Source: an uncultured Bacteroidales bacterium
GTDB lineage: Bacteria; Bacteroidota; Bacteroidia; Bacteroidales; B18-G4
Assembly (NCBI GenBank): GCA_964531985.1
Contig: CAZHFC010000001.1
Coordinates: forward strand, 29,572-93,571
Reading direction: 5' to 3'
DNA length: 64,000 nucleotides
Notes under the pieces: generated by a model
The model's database searches: none
What the model saw: only the letters and a program-made list of their open reading frames with translations
What the model was told of the DNA's origin: nothing
Translations under genes and position numbers: made by a program
Shown: positions 29,879 through 39,813 of the stretch, piece after piece
Position numbering within the stretch: position 1 is the stretch's first letter
Layout: the number at the start of each line of letters is the position of its first letter

Positions 29879-30568
29879 TTAGGCTGCAGGTTCGTTCAGC
29901 AGGTCCATAAATTCGGTGGACCTGGCTTCGAGCAGGTAAACCAGCTTCTCAACCTTGGCCACCAGGATGTTGTAGCAGACATAGGCGAGGATCCCTACGA
30001 TCAGTCCGCCAACGGTGGTGATCATGGCCTGGTAAATACCCGTGGAGAGCAGCGAGATGTCGATGTTATTGCCGGCCATCGACATATCGTAAAAGGCAAT
30101 GATCATGCCGATCACGGTGCCGAGAAAGCCCAGCATGGGGGCTGCACCGGCAATGGTAGCCAGCCCGGCAACATTCTTTTCAAGCCTCGAAACCTCCAGC
30201 TTTCCCACGTTTTCGATGGCTGCGTTGATGTCGTTGAGTGGCCTGCCGATGCGCATCAGCCCTTTCTCTATCATGCGTGCAATGGGGCTTTTGTTGCTTT
30301 TGCACAAGGCAAGTCCCGAGTCAACACGGCCGCCTTTGATAAAATCGCGGATGTTGTTCATGAAGTGCTTGTCTTCGCGGGAGGCTCTGTTGATGGTAAG
30401 AAACCTTTCAACAAAGATGTAAACGGCAATGACAGACAACAGGCCGAGTATGGCCATGATCCATCCTCCCTTCAGGACAAGCTCGTAAATGGTCAGGGAG
30501 ATCTCCGTTGGTTCCGTGCCGGCCTGCCCGGCCGCATCGGTCAGTTGTAATAAAATGCTTAATATCAT
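29879..30568 (-). CDS. exbB: MotA/TolQ/ExbB proton channel protein
   Basis: Motifs LATIAGAAPMLGFLGTVIGMI and GIYQAMITTVGGL. Confidence 0.92.
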   Translation of the reverse strand: MILSILLQLTDAAGQAGTEPTEISLTIYELVLKGGWIMAILGLLSVIAVYIFVERFLTINRASREDKHFMNNIRDFIKGGRVDSGLALCKSNKSPIARMIEKGLMRIGRPLNDINAAIENVGKLEVSRLEKNVAGLATIAGAAPMLGFLGTVIGMIIAFYDMSMAGNNIDISLLSTGIYQAMITTVGGLIVGILAYVCYNILVAKVEKLVYLLEARSTEFMDLLNEPAA

Positions 30569-30730
30569 CTTAAAGTATTTTGCATTAAAAGTAAAATGTT
30601 AATCACTTGCCGTATTCGTCAACGGCCTCCATTTGTCAACATGAGTTTGTTAATATTAACTTGGAACGGGCCGTTTTATTATATGCGATGGCCGGCATCC
30701 GGCAACCCGTTGAAAATAATTTCTTTACTC

Positions 30731-31792
30731 TCAGGAGATGACGATCCTGCCCGAACTGTGATCCTTTCCCGATCCGGTTACTGAACCAAGGATGTTCACC
30801 CTGTTTTGGAGACGCAATAAGCCGAGAAGGGCAAATATCATGGCTTCCTTGTAATCTGTTACTGTCGCTTCGGGAACAACCACTTCGGGTCCGCTCTTTT
30901 GCCTGATCCTCTCCATCAGGAATTCGTTCCAGGCGCCCCCGCCCGTGACCAGCATCCTGCCCTTGTTTTTATTATCAGCTACGGCGGCAACGCGCAGGGC
31001 GATATGTTCGGTGCAGGTTCTGAGAAGGTCGGGGATGGCTGCCCGGCAGTTGTCGAGCATAGGGAAGATATGTTTGCTGGCATATTCGCGTCCGAGTGAA
31101 CGGGGTCCTTTCAGCTTGTAAAAGGGCAGGGATTCAAGTTTTTCCAGCAGGCCGGGCAGCAAATTTCCCATGGCTGCTGTTTTTCCGCCCTTATCATAAG
31201 GCATGCCGGTTTTTTCCGCCAGGTGGTTGAGCATCATGTTGGCCGGGCAAACATCAAAGGCGATCCTTTTCCCGTCAAGGTCGCAGGAGATGTTGGCAAT
31301 TCCGCCCAGGTTCAGGCAGTATCCGTAATCCGCGAACAGCAGTTTGTCGCCCAGGGGTACCAGGGGTGCCCCTTGTCCGCCCATTGCCACATCGGCGCTC
31401 CTGAAGTCGAATATTACCGGCAGTCCGCACAGGCGGGCGATCTCTTCACCCTTGCCGATCTGAAGGGTCAGGCCGGCCGCGGGGTCGTGGAAGATGGTAT
31501 GGCCGTGCGAGGCGATGAAGCCGGGACTGATCTGGCTGGCTTCCATGAAATGACGGGCTGCTTCACCCATCCATATGCCCAGGTCGCGGTCGGCGCGGGT
31601 GATGGCTTCCTCACCGGCTCCGGGCAGGGCCAGCAGTCGTTCCCGCCATTCCGCTGTGTAGGGGATGGTGGTCGCCCGAAGTATGGCGTATGACCACCTG
31701 CCTTCCCCATCCTCCGAAAAACGGCAACAGGCAAGATCAAGGCCGTCGTGTGAGGTCCCTGACATGATCCCGATGCCATAATGTTCCTTCAA
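30731..31792 (-). CDS. anmK: Anhydro-N-acetylmuramic acid kinase
   Basis: Motifs GIMSGTSHDGLD, SHGHT, DFRSADVAMGGQGAPLVP and LNLGGIAN. Confidence 0.93.
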   Translation of the reverse strand: MKEHYGIGIMSGTSHDGLDLACCRFSEDGEGRWSYAILRATTIPYTAEWRERLLALPGAGEEAITRADRDLGIWMGEAARHFMEASQISPGFIASHGHTIFHDPAAGLTLQIGKGEEIARLCGLPVIFDFRSADVAMGGQGAPLVPLGDKLLFADYGYCLNLGGIANISCDLDGKRIAFDVCPANMMLNHLAEKTGMPYDKGGKTAAMGNLLPGLLEKLESLPFYKLKGPRSLGREYASKHIFPMLDNCRAAIPDLLRTCTEHIALRVAAVADNKNKGRMLVTGGGAWNEFLMERIRQKSGPEVVVPEATVTDYKEAMIFALLGLLRLQNRVNILGSVTGSGKDHSSGRIVIS

Positions 31793-31801
31793 TGCTTTTC
31801 T

Positions 31802-33079
31802 TTACAGGTATTCGATCAGTTTTTCAAGTTCCATGCCCCTCGAAGCTTTCAGCAGGATATGACAGTTGCGGAAAGGATGATGCCTCAGCCAGTCGGCAGC
31901 GGCATCCGCATCGTCGAAGACCGGGATCCGGCGGTCGGTGCAAACGGCCCGGAATTGCGGGCCAACCAGGATGATCTGTTCAAAATACATGCGTGCTTCC
32001 TCAAGTACTGCCCGGTGTTCGGCCTGAGCGTCTTTACCAAGTTCAAACATGTCGCCCAGGATGACCACCCGGGGTTCCCGGCCGAAATGCCTGAAGTTTC
32101 TGAGGGTTCCCAGCATACTGGCGGGGTTCGCATTATACGCGTCCATCATCAGCGTGTTGCTGTCACGTGTAATAAGCTGGCTTCTTCTGTCACCGGGAAT
32201 ATAATGGCTGATGGCTTCAGCAAGGTCATCAGGCCGGATGCCAAAGGAATCACCCACGCATATGGCGGCCATGATATTGGCGAACTGATAATCGCCAAAC
32301 AACCTGGTACCGATCTGCCGACCCTTCCATTCCACTTTCACAAAGGGAGTCGGGCTGATGAGCTTGCCCTGTACATCGGCTTCCGGGCCGCTGCCATAGG
32401 TGGTTTTCGGGTGTTCCTGCAACAACTGCATCAGCAGGCTGTCGTCGTGGTTCACCCAGATGCTGCCATTCTTTTTTATAAGATAGCGGTAAAGTTCGGT
32501 CTTGGCCCTGATCACCCCCTCAAGGCTTCCGAAGCCTTCAAGGTGTGCCTTGCCGATATTCGTGATGAGGCCGTGTGTGGGCGCTGCCAGTTCGCAGAGG
32601 TGTGCGATCTCGCCTTCATGGTTGGCACCCATTTCAATCACGGCCACTTCATGCCCGGGATTCATGCCCAGAAGGGTCAGGGGCACCCCGATATGGTTGT
32701 TGAGGTTGCCTGTGGTGGCATGAATGCTGAAGCCTTTGGCAAGCACCTTGCTGATCAGTTCCTTGGTGGTGGTCTTGCCATTGCTTCCCGTCAGGCCGAT
32801 CACCGGGATCTTAAATTGCTTCCGGTGCCATGAAGCCAGTTCCTGCAGGGTTTGCAAGGTGTCATCAACCAGCAGGCAGTCTTTTCCCGTGTCGTATTTC
32901 GGGTCATCGATCACAGCCAGTTTGGCACCATTTTCCATTGCGCGGGAAGCGAAGCGGTTACCGTTGAATTTTTCGCCCTGCAGGGCAAAGAATATCATGC
33001 CTTTCCCGGTCTGTCTCGAATCGGTGCTTACCCCGCCCGATTGCAGGTAAAGCTTGTAAAGGTTTTGGATGAGCGCCAT
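31802..33079 (-). CDS. murF: UDP-MurNAc-tripeptide--D-Ala-D-Ala ligase
   Basis: Motifs STDSR, TGSNGKTTTKE, NLNNHIGVPLTL, DAYNANP, GDMFELG and LLKASRG. Confidence 0.95.
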   Translation of the reverse strand: MALIQNLYKLYLQSGGVSTDSRQTGKGMIFFALQGEKFNGNRFASRAMENGAKLAVIDDPKYDTGKDCLLVDDTLQTLQELASWHRKQFKIPVIGLTGSNGKTTTKELISKVLAKGFSIHATTGNLNNHIGVPLTLLGMNPGHEVAVIEMGANHEGEIAHLCELAAPTHGLITNIGKAHLEGFGSLEGVIRAKTELYRYLIKKNGSIWVNHDDSLLMQLLQEHPKTTYGSGPEADVQGKLISPTPFVKVEWKGRQIGTRLFGDYQFANIMAAICVGDSFGIRPDDLAEAISHYIPGDRRSQLITRDSNTLMMDAYNANPASMLGTLRNFRHFGREPRVVILGDMFELGKDAQAEHRAVLEEARMYFEQIILVGPQFRAVCTDRRIPVFDDADAAADWLRHHPFRNCHILLKASRGMELEKLIEYL

Positions 33080-33091
33080 GGCTGCAAAGAT

Positions 33092-33124
33092 AAAAAAACC
33101 CCATCCATGTTGAGGGGATGGGGT
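33092..33124 (-). terminator. Intrinsic terminator after gldJ, abutting the murF promoter
   Basis: Stem accccatcc / ggatggggt followed by a T run on the minus strand. The murF -7 element TATCTTTG is at 33085-33092. Confidence 0.8.
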
Positions 33125-33148
33125 GGTGATTCGCTGTTTTGATATTTT

Positions 33149-34642
33149 TTAGCGGCCCGGATTCGGGCTTCCGACCCTTGACATTGCACAGCGGAAGCCG
33201 ATATAGTTGGTAGCCACATTCTGGTTCATGAACCTTCTTTGCCCGGGGCTCAGGAAATAAGCAGGATCTCTCCATGAACCGCCCTTGTATACGCGTGCTT
33301 CGTCGCTGATGAGCGAAGTGACCCCGTATTCATACATGGCATTGGTCTGGTTCGACTGTGTAGGTTCCGACAGCCAGTCGTTGCTCTCGGAGAGTTGCGA
33401 CATCTGATCGCCGTCGAAGTAGTTCCTGTTGTCGGCTTTGCGGTAGTTTTGCCTTCCAACCAATTCCTCTTCGGTTACTTCTTCATAGCGGATGCGGCCC
33501 AGGCTGTCTTTGTCGACCAGGAAGCCGTCCTGGTCCCTGACGGCATTTTCAAAGATATTTCCCCTGTATGGGTTGAAGTCGGAGAAGTCTTCGAGCGAGA
33601 GAGGCCTGTACACGTCGAGCACCCATTCGCTGACGTTCCCGCCCATGTTATAGAGTCCGTAATCATTGGGCCAGTATGAGCCGATGGGTGCGGGAATGTC
33701 GGCACCGTCATTCAGTGTTCCGGCAACGCCCATATAGTCGCCCCTGCCTCTTTTAAAGTTGGCCACGAAACTGCCGTAATAGCGTTTTTCGTCGGTACGG
33801 GTGTAGTTGCCGTTCCAGGGATAACGCCTTCTTTCAACCACCCTTTCGTATAGTGTGTTCCCGATCAGCCCGAGTGCGGCATATTCCCATTCTGCCTCAG
33901 TGGGCAGGCGGTAGCGCGGAAGGATCAGGCCGTCCTTGATACTGGCGTTGCGTTCGCCGGTAGAGTTGGGGTTGAGGTTCCTGAGGGGTTTGTTGACAAG
34001 CCCTTCATACTGGCCGGCCAGGTATGCTTCGGTGTTGAAGTTGTTCTCGTTTTTCTGGTCGGGGTCAAGGTCGAGGATGCCTTCGTTGATCAGCATCCAT
34101 TCGTTTACCCTGTCGGTACGCCATGAGCAATAGTCGTTGGCCTGTACCCAGGTCACACCCACCACCGGATAGTTGTGGTACGCGGGATGGCGGAGATAGG
34201 TTTCCACCAGGGGTTCGTTGTACGACAGCCTGTCGCGCCATACCAGGGTATCGGGCAGGGCATTTACATGAACCTGCGGATAGTCGGTGCCGAAAACCCT
34301 CTTCAGCCAGTAAAGGTATTCAAGGTAATCGAGGTTGCTCACTTCCGTTTCGTCCATATAAAATGACGATATGGTTACCCTGCGCGGAAAGTTGTCCCAG
34401 TCGAACATCAGGTCTTCCTGTGTCGATCCCATCACAAATGTCCCGCCTTCGATCAGGATAAGCCCGGGCCCGGTGACCTGTTCCCGCAACTGGGACACTT
34501 CAAATCCACCGTTTTCGGGGTTGTTGTATTCCCAGTTTGTCGTTCGTGAATATTCCTTTTTTCTGAAAAGGCTGCATGACGACAGTGATGCGATGAAAAC
34601 AATCGTTAGGAATAACAGGGCTAATTTGCTGTGTTTCATCAT
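33149..34642 (-). CDS. gldJ: Gliding motility lipoprotein GldJ (FGE-sulfatase fold)
   Basis: Lipobox LSSC, motifs FYMDETEVSN, ALPDTLVWR, YLRHPAY.NYPVVGV, RLPTEAEWEYAA and IGFRCAM, and a position between porP/porU and murF. Confidence 0.8.
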   Translation of the reverse strand: MMKHSKLALLFLTIVFIASLSSCSLFRKKEYSRTTNWEYNNPENGGFEVSQLREQVTGPGLILIEGGTFVMGSTQEDLMFDWDNFPRRVTISSFYMDETEVSNLDYLEYLYWLKRVFGTDYPQVHVNALPDTLVWRDRLSYNEPLVETYLRHPAYHNYPVVGVTWVQANDYCSWRTDRVNEWMLINEGILDLDPDQKNENNFNTEAYLAGQYEGLVNKPLRNLNPNSTGERNASIKDGLILPRYRLPTEAEWEYAALGLIGNTLYERVVERRRYPWNGNYTRTDEKRYYGSFVANFKRGRGDYMGVAGTLNDGADIPAPIGSYWPNDYGLYNMGGNVSEWVLDVYRPLSLEDFSDFNPYRGNIFENAVRDQDGFLVDKDSLGRIRYEEVTEEELVGRQNYRKADNRNYFDGDQMSQLSESNDWLSEPTQSNQTNAMYEYGVTSLISDEARVYKGGSWRDPAYFLSPGQRRFMNQNVATNYIGFRCAMSRVGSPNPGR

Positions 34643-34679
34643 TTTCGTTGAGCTTAATTATTCGTTAGTGAGTTATTAA

Positions 34680-35702
34680 CTAAAATCGCGGGCAATTTAT
34701 TGCCCTGATGCGTCTTCTTTTTTGGTCGAGGCAATTAAATTGCCATCCCAGCGACACCTCATGTGCCCCGCCGGTTGTGTTTTTAAGTTGTGAAAGGGTG
34801 ATATCGTAGCTGTAGCCTACTTTTAGGCCCCTCCATTCAAGTCCGATCATGGGTACGATGGCATCGGCATTTTCGAAGTTATGCCTGAACCAGGCACCGG
34901 CCACGAAGGGCCTTTTATTTACATATATGCCAACATTCAGTTGGTGGAACATCCCTTGCTGCATATACATGAAGTTGGGGGAGATGGCGAAGCTGCCGTA
35001 GTTTTCGTCTTCCACCACACTGCCGGTCAGGTCGAAGAACAAGCCCCCGTGGGCGGTGATCCTCATGCTGAGATTGCTGGCACTGGCGTCGTAGAAACCA
35101 TTGGCGGGTTCGGTCAGATGATGAACGGCCACGCCCCCGTAAATATTGCCTTTATGGGAGAATGCGATGCCCGCGGCAAAATCGGGATAAGCAATGCCGG
35201 TATTGTCGGGAGGGACTTCGGAGGTGGGGTTTACCACGCCCAGGCCGGGATCGATCATGTCACCGAAAACCAGGTTTTCCCACCTCAGTTTGGTAAGTAT
35301 GTAACTGGCTTGAAGGCCAAAGTTGATATATGTCCAGTTTCCGACCTGCAGGCGGAAGGAGTACATGGCGCTGATGATATTGGTTGTAAGCAGTTCCCCG
35401 GCATTATCCCCGACAAAATAGACGCCTACCCCACCCGAGATCTTTGGAATATGCATGTCGAAGGATGCACTGTAAGTAACAAAGTTGTCGGGCAGCGAGG
35501 GCCACTGGTTGCGGTAACTCAGATCGATGCGCGGGCATACGTTCGACCCGGCCAGGGCGGGGTTGAGGTATAGATGACTGGCATAGAACTGTGAAAAATG
35601 CGGATCAGGCACAGACTGGCCCCTTGAAGCCAATGCCATGCCAAGAAAAGCAAGCACCGTTAATGTCTGAATCGTTCTTGTCATCCTAATAAGGATCGTC
35701 AA
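34680..35702 (-). CDS. porP: PorP/SprF-family T9SS outer-membrane barrel
   Basis: Motifs DPHFSQFY..LYLNPALAG, YRNQWP and GYSYDITLS...GAHEVSL. The start may be ATG 35684. Confidence 0.85.
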   Translation of the reverse strand: MTILIRMTRTIQTLTVLAFLGMALASRGQSVPDPHFSQFYASHLYLNPALAGSNVCPRIDLSYRNQWPSLPDNFVTYSASFDMHIPKISGGVGVYFVGDNAGELLTTNIISAMYSFRLQVGNWTYINFGLQASYILTKLRWENLVFGDMIDPGLGVVNPTSEVPPDNTGIAYPDFAAGIAFSHKGNIYGGVAVHHLTEPANGFYDASASNLSMRITAHGGLFFDLTGSVVEDENYGSFAISPNFMYMQQGMFHQLNVGIYVNKRPFVAGAWFRHNFENADAIVPMIGLEWRGLKVGYSYDITLSQLKNTTGGAHEVSLGWQFNCLDQKRRRIRAINCPRF

Positions 35703-35898
35703 TATACTAAAATAAGCCTACAATATTACAAATCATTTTGAAATATACCATACAAATATTTCGTGGGTAATTATAATTTTGCAATATTAGTAAAAGTACA
35801 ACGTTTAAAATTACAATTCAAATATACTGAATTTTATTATTTATAATGGAATATTTCTGTTTCACCCCCGTCTTTTGCCGGGCCTTATAATAATACCC

Positions 35899-38800
35899 AT
35901 GATCAAAAGGTTTTCATTCTGCCTTCTTTTTTTGATAATTTTTCGGCCTTTTTTCTCTTTTGCCGATTCGGGTCCACTGAAGAAGGAGCTCCGATGGTCG
36001 GATGTGAGCAGGTTCAGCATCAGCGATGACAGGCAGATGTATTTTCTGTCATTTGAAGGATGTGTTTATGAGGAAGCAACGGCCGATCTGCCGGTATACC
36101 GGGATCGATTTGCGATTGGCGGCATGAATTCGCGCGTTGAAGCAGTGTTGACTGAGCAGCTTTGGGAGGATCTGCCTTCAGACGAAATTGAAAGGATTGC
36201 CGGCTACGGCCTGATCGGCCCCGCACCCCGGATCGTTACTGACATTGCCATTGAACGAAAGGAACCATACGCCACCGTATCTTTCGTTCCGCTTCGCAGG
36301 GATCCCGCAAGCGGCCGCTATCAAAAACTCCTGTCGTTTACCCTGAACATAAAGGTAACGCCGGTTGGGGCACCCTCCACGGCTGCAGGCAGGACCTACA
36401 GGCAGAATTCCGTGCTTGCCACCGGTAACTGGTATAAAATGGCCGTTAAGTTTTCGGGCATACATAAGATCACATACAATGACCTGATTGCCCTTGGCAT
36501 GAACCCGGCCGGTATCGACCCCGGGAATATCCGTATCTATGGAAACGGCGGCGGCATGCTGCCCGAGCCTTGCGGCGCTTTCCGCTATGATGACCTGATG
36601 GAGAATGCCATCTTTGTTTCCGGCCAGGGCGATGGCAGTTTCGATACCCAGGATTACATCCTCTTCTACGGTGAATCGCCTCACGTGTGGGAGTGGGATG
36701 AAGGAAGACAGGCTTTTGTCCATACCAGCAACATCTATTCCGATTACAATTATTATTTTATCACGGCCGACCTTGGCACGGGAAAACGTATCCAGGGCCA
36801 GGCATCCGTCACCCTGCCTTTAACGCATCTGGTAAACAGCTTTACCGACAGGAAATTTATTGAAAAGGACGACCTGAACATTGTGAAGACCGGCCGCGAC
36901 TGGTTCGAATCTCCTCCTTACGAAGTACAGTTGAGCAATGATTATGACTTCAGCTTTCCCGATATCGTTCCCGGGAGCAATGTCGGGATGCGCAGCCGGG
37001 TGGCTGCCCGTTCTTCCATGGGCAGCAATTTTAAATATTACCTGAATGGCACGCAGCTCATTGAAACGCTGCCGGTGTCGGCCGTCTCTTTTTCATCCGA
37101 TCAATATGCCCATACCGCTGGTATCGAAAGTACGTTCGAAGTGGGAAGCCCGAATGTCAGGATCAAGGTAACATACAGCAAACCTGCTTCAGCATCGGTT
37201 GGCTGGATGGATTATATCGCCCTGAACGCCCGCCGCTACCTGAGGTTCACAGGTGGTCAGATGGCTTTCAGGGATCCGCAGTCCGGCGGCCCCGGGAATG
37301 TGGCCGAATATGAATTGTCGAATGCTTCCGCTTCTGTGGAGGTGTGGAATGTGAGTGATCCCATGAATGTGGCCCGCGTCGGGACAAGCCTTGACGGATC
37401 CCTGATGCGTTTCAGGATTCCGGCCGACAGCATTGAAGAGTTCGTGGCTTTCGACGGCACTTCCTTTTATGGGGTTGCAGCCGCAGGCAAGGTGGATAAC
37501 CAGAACCTGCACGCCATCACCATGCCCGATATGGTCATCGTTTCATACCCCTCATTTCTCAGCGAGGCCAACCGCCTGGCAAACCACCACCGGAATTTCG
37601 ACGGCATGGAGGTATTTGTTACGACTCCTCAGAAGATCTATAATGAGTTTTCCTCGGGAGCCCAGGATGTGACCGCCATCAGGGATTTTATAAAGATGCT
37701 GTACGACAAGGCCTCTCCGGGTAGTGAATGTCGCTACCTGCTGCTTTTCGGCGATGCTTCGTATGATTATAAGGACAGGGTGAGCGACAATACGAATTTT
37801 GTTCCCACCTGGCAGGACAAAAGGTCGATGAACATCATCACTTCCATTGCAACGGATGATTATTTCGGTTTTCTCGACGACAACGAAGGGGGATCGGGAA
37901 CCAACCAGCTTCTCGATCTGGGTATCGGACGGCTGGTAGCGTCAACCCCCGAGTCGGCCAGGCAGATGGTCGACAAGGTCATCCATTATGCCACCGCCAC
38001 CCCCGATGTATTCGGAAACTGGCGTAATGTGGTATGTTTCGTGGCCGATGATGAAGATGCAAACGTGCACATGCAGCAACATGCAGAAAAACTTGCCACA
38101 CGCCTCGACACCACCTATGGATACCTGAACGTGGACAAGATCTACCTGGATGCCTATGAACAGATCAGCACTTCGGGCGGGCAGCGCGCACCACAGGTAA
38201 ACCAGGCCATCAACAACAGGATGGAGAAGGGCAGCCTCATCATGAATTATACAGGGCATGGCGGGGAAGTTGGATGGGCCCATGAAAGGATACTGGAACT
38301 CAAGGATATTAACAGCTGGACCAATTACAACAAATTACCGGTTTTCATCACGGCCACCTGTGAATTCAGCCGCTATGACGACCCCACGCGTACATCGGCC
38401 GGGGAACTGGTGCTGCTCAACCCCGATGGCGGCGCGATCGCGCTCTTTACCACGGCCAGGGCCACCTATGGCTCACCCAATTTCCAGCTTAACAATGCCA
38501 TGTTCGACAATATGTTCGAAAAAGTGGACGGTGAATATCCGCGTTTCGGCGACCTGATCCGCTACGCGAAAAACAAGAGCGGGAACTCCACCGACAATGA
38601 CAAGAAATTCGTCCTGCTCGGGAACCCTGCCCTCAGGCTGGCTTATCCGGAACACCGTGTCCGGACCATACAGATCAACAATGTGAATGTTTCCCCTTTG
38701 AACGACACCCTCAGGGCCCTTCAAAAGGTAAGTGTCAGCGGCATTATCCTCGATGAGGCCGGGAACAAACTAAACAGCTATAACGGAACGCTCAGGCCGG

Positions 38801-39732
38801 TGGTTTATGACAAACCCACACAGATAGAAACACTCGTTACCGACCCCGCCAGCAAACCATTCACCTTCGGGCTCCGCATGGCGATCCTTTATAACGGAAA
38901 GGCCAGCATTACCAACGGCGAATTCTCCTTCACCTTCATCGTACCCAAAGACATCATCTATAAATACGGCTACGGCAAGATCAGCTATTATCTGAACAAC
39001 AACGACAGTGACGGAACCGGATATTACGGGAATGTCATTATCGGGGGATTCGACAGCAATGTGCCCCCCGACGATGAAGGGCCTGAGATAGACCTCTATA
39101 TGAACGACGAGAACTTTGCATTTGGCGGTATTACCGACGAAAACCCGGTATTGCTGGCCTTTGTTACCGACTCAAGCGGGATCAATACCGTGGGATCAGG
39201 CATCGGGCATGATATCGTGGCCACACTCGACAACGACAACAACAAATCGGTGATCATCAATGAATACTACGAGTCGGATATCGACAGCTATACCAGCGGC
39301 ACCATCCGCTATCCCCTCGCAGGCCTGTCTGAGGGCCCCCATTCCATGAAGCTGAAGGTTTGGGATGTGCATAACAATTCAAGTGAATCCTATACGGAAT
39401 TCGTGGTGGCATCGTCGGCGGAACTCGCCATTGATCATGTGCTGAACTATCCAAACCCGTTTACCACAAGTACGGCTTTTTATTTTGATCATAACCAGCC
39501 CAATACGATGCTTGAAGTACAGGTACAGGTATTTTCCGTGTCGGGCCGTTTGATCAAAACCATCGATCAGTTTGTTATAAGCAATGGTTACCGTTCAGAA
39601 CCCATTTACTGGGATGGCCGTGACGATTTTGGCGATCGCATCGGCCGGGGGGTCTATATATATAAGGTAAGGGTCCGCAACCAGGATGGCTCCTTTGCCG
39701 AAAAGCTGGAAAAACTGGTCATCCTGCGATAG
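35899..39732 (+). CDS. porU: T9SS sortase PorU (gingipain-like C25 peptidase), copy 1
   Basis: Motifs SVLATGNWYK, IYNEFSSG, YLLLFGDASYDYK, NYTGHGGE (catalytic His) and ITATCEFSRYD (catalytic Cys), and a CTD NYPNPF...WDGRD..G...GVYIY. The start is placed at ATG 35899. Confidence 0.92.
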   Translation: MIKRFSFCLLFLIIFRPFFSFADSGPLKKELRWSDVSRFSISDDRQMYFLSFEGCVYEEATADLPVYRDRFAIGGMNSRVEAVLTEQLWEDLPSDEIERIAGYGLIGPAPRIVTDIAIERKEPYATVSFVPLRRDPASGRYQKLLSFTLNIKVTPVGAPSTAAGRTYRQNSVLATGNWYKMAVKFSGIHKITYNDLIALGMNPAGIDPGNIRIYGNGGGMLPEPCGAFRYDDLMENAIFVSGQGDGSFDTQDYILFYGESPHVWEWDEGRQAFVHTSNIYSDYNYYFITADLGTGKRIQGQASVTLPLTHLVNSFTDRKFIEKDDLNIVKTGRDWFESPPYEVQLSNDYDFSFPDIVPGSNVGMRSRVAARSSMGSNFKYYLNGTQLIETLPVSAVSFSSDQYAHTAGIESTFEVGSPNVRIKVTYSKPASASVGWMDYIALNARRYLRFTGGQMAFRDPQSGGPGNVAEYELSNASASVEVWNVSDPMNVARVGTSLDGSLMRFRIPADSIEEFVAFDGTSFYGVAAAGKVDNQNLHAITMPDMVIVSYPSFLSEANRLANHHRNFDGMEVFVTTPQKIYNEFSSGAQDVTAIRDFIKMLYDKASPGSECRYLLLFGDASYDYKDRVSDNTNFVPTWQDKRSMNIITSIATDDYFGFLDDNEGGSGTNQLLDLGIGRLVASTPESARQMVDKVIHYATATPDVFGNWRNVVCFVADDEDANVHMQQHAEKLATRLDTTYGYLNVDKIYLDAYEQISTSGGQRAPQVNQAINNRMEKGSLIMNYTGHGGEVGWAHERILELKDINSWTNYNKLPVFITATCEFSRYDDPTRTSAGELVLLNPDGGAIALFTTARATYGSPNFQLNNAMFDNMFEKVDGEYPRFGDLIRYAKNKSGNSTDNDKKFVLLGNPALRLAYPEHRVRTIQINNVNVSPLNDTLRALQKVSVSGIILDEAGNKLNSYNGTLRPVVYDKPTQIETLVTDPASKPFTFGLRMAILYNGKASITNGEFSFTFIVPKDIIYKYGYGKISYYLNNNDSDGTGYYGNVIIGGFDSNVPPDDEGPEIDLYMNDENFAFGGITDENPVLLAFVTDSSGINTVGSGIGHDIVATLDNDNNKSVIINEYYESDIDSYTSGTIRYPLAGLSEGPHSMKLKVWDVHNNSSESYTEFVVASSAELAIDHVLNYPNPFTTSTAFYFDHNQPNTMLEVQVQVFSVSGRLIKTIDQFVISNGYRSEPIYWDGRDDFGDRIGRGVYIYKVRVRNQDGSFAEKLEKLVILR

Positions 39733-39813
39733 ATCGGGGCACAATCCGATAATTGGATGATGCGGGCAACCACAGCAGGGAAATCATTGTCTTGATTAAA
39801 ACAGTTTATAATA

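Noticed and set aside
28612-30568. tonB-exbD-exbB as a dedicated energiser for the ModE-linked receptor
   Set aside because: Its position next to folC and anmK-murF looks like a housekeeping arrangement, and I found no ModE box upstream.
31781-32833. Long antisense ORFs such as 31781-32833, 15626-16597, 15717-16685, 40543-41508 and 41821-42771
   Set aside because: They are shadows of well-supported genes on the opposite strand and have no recognisable motifs.
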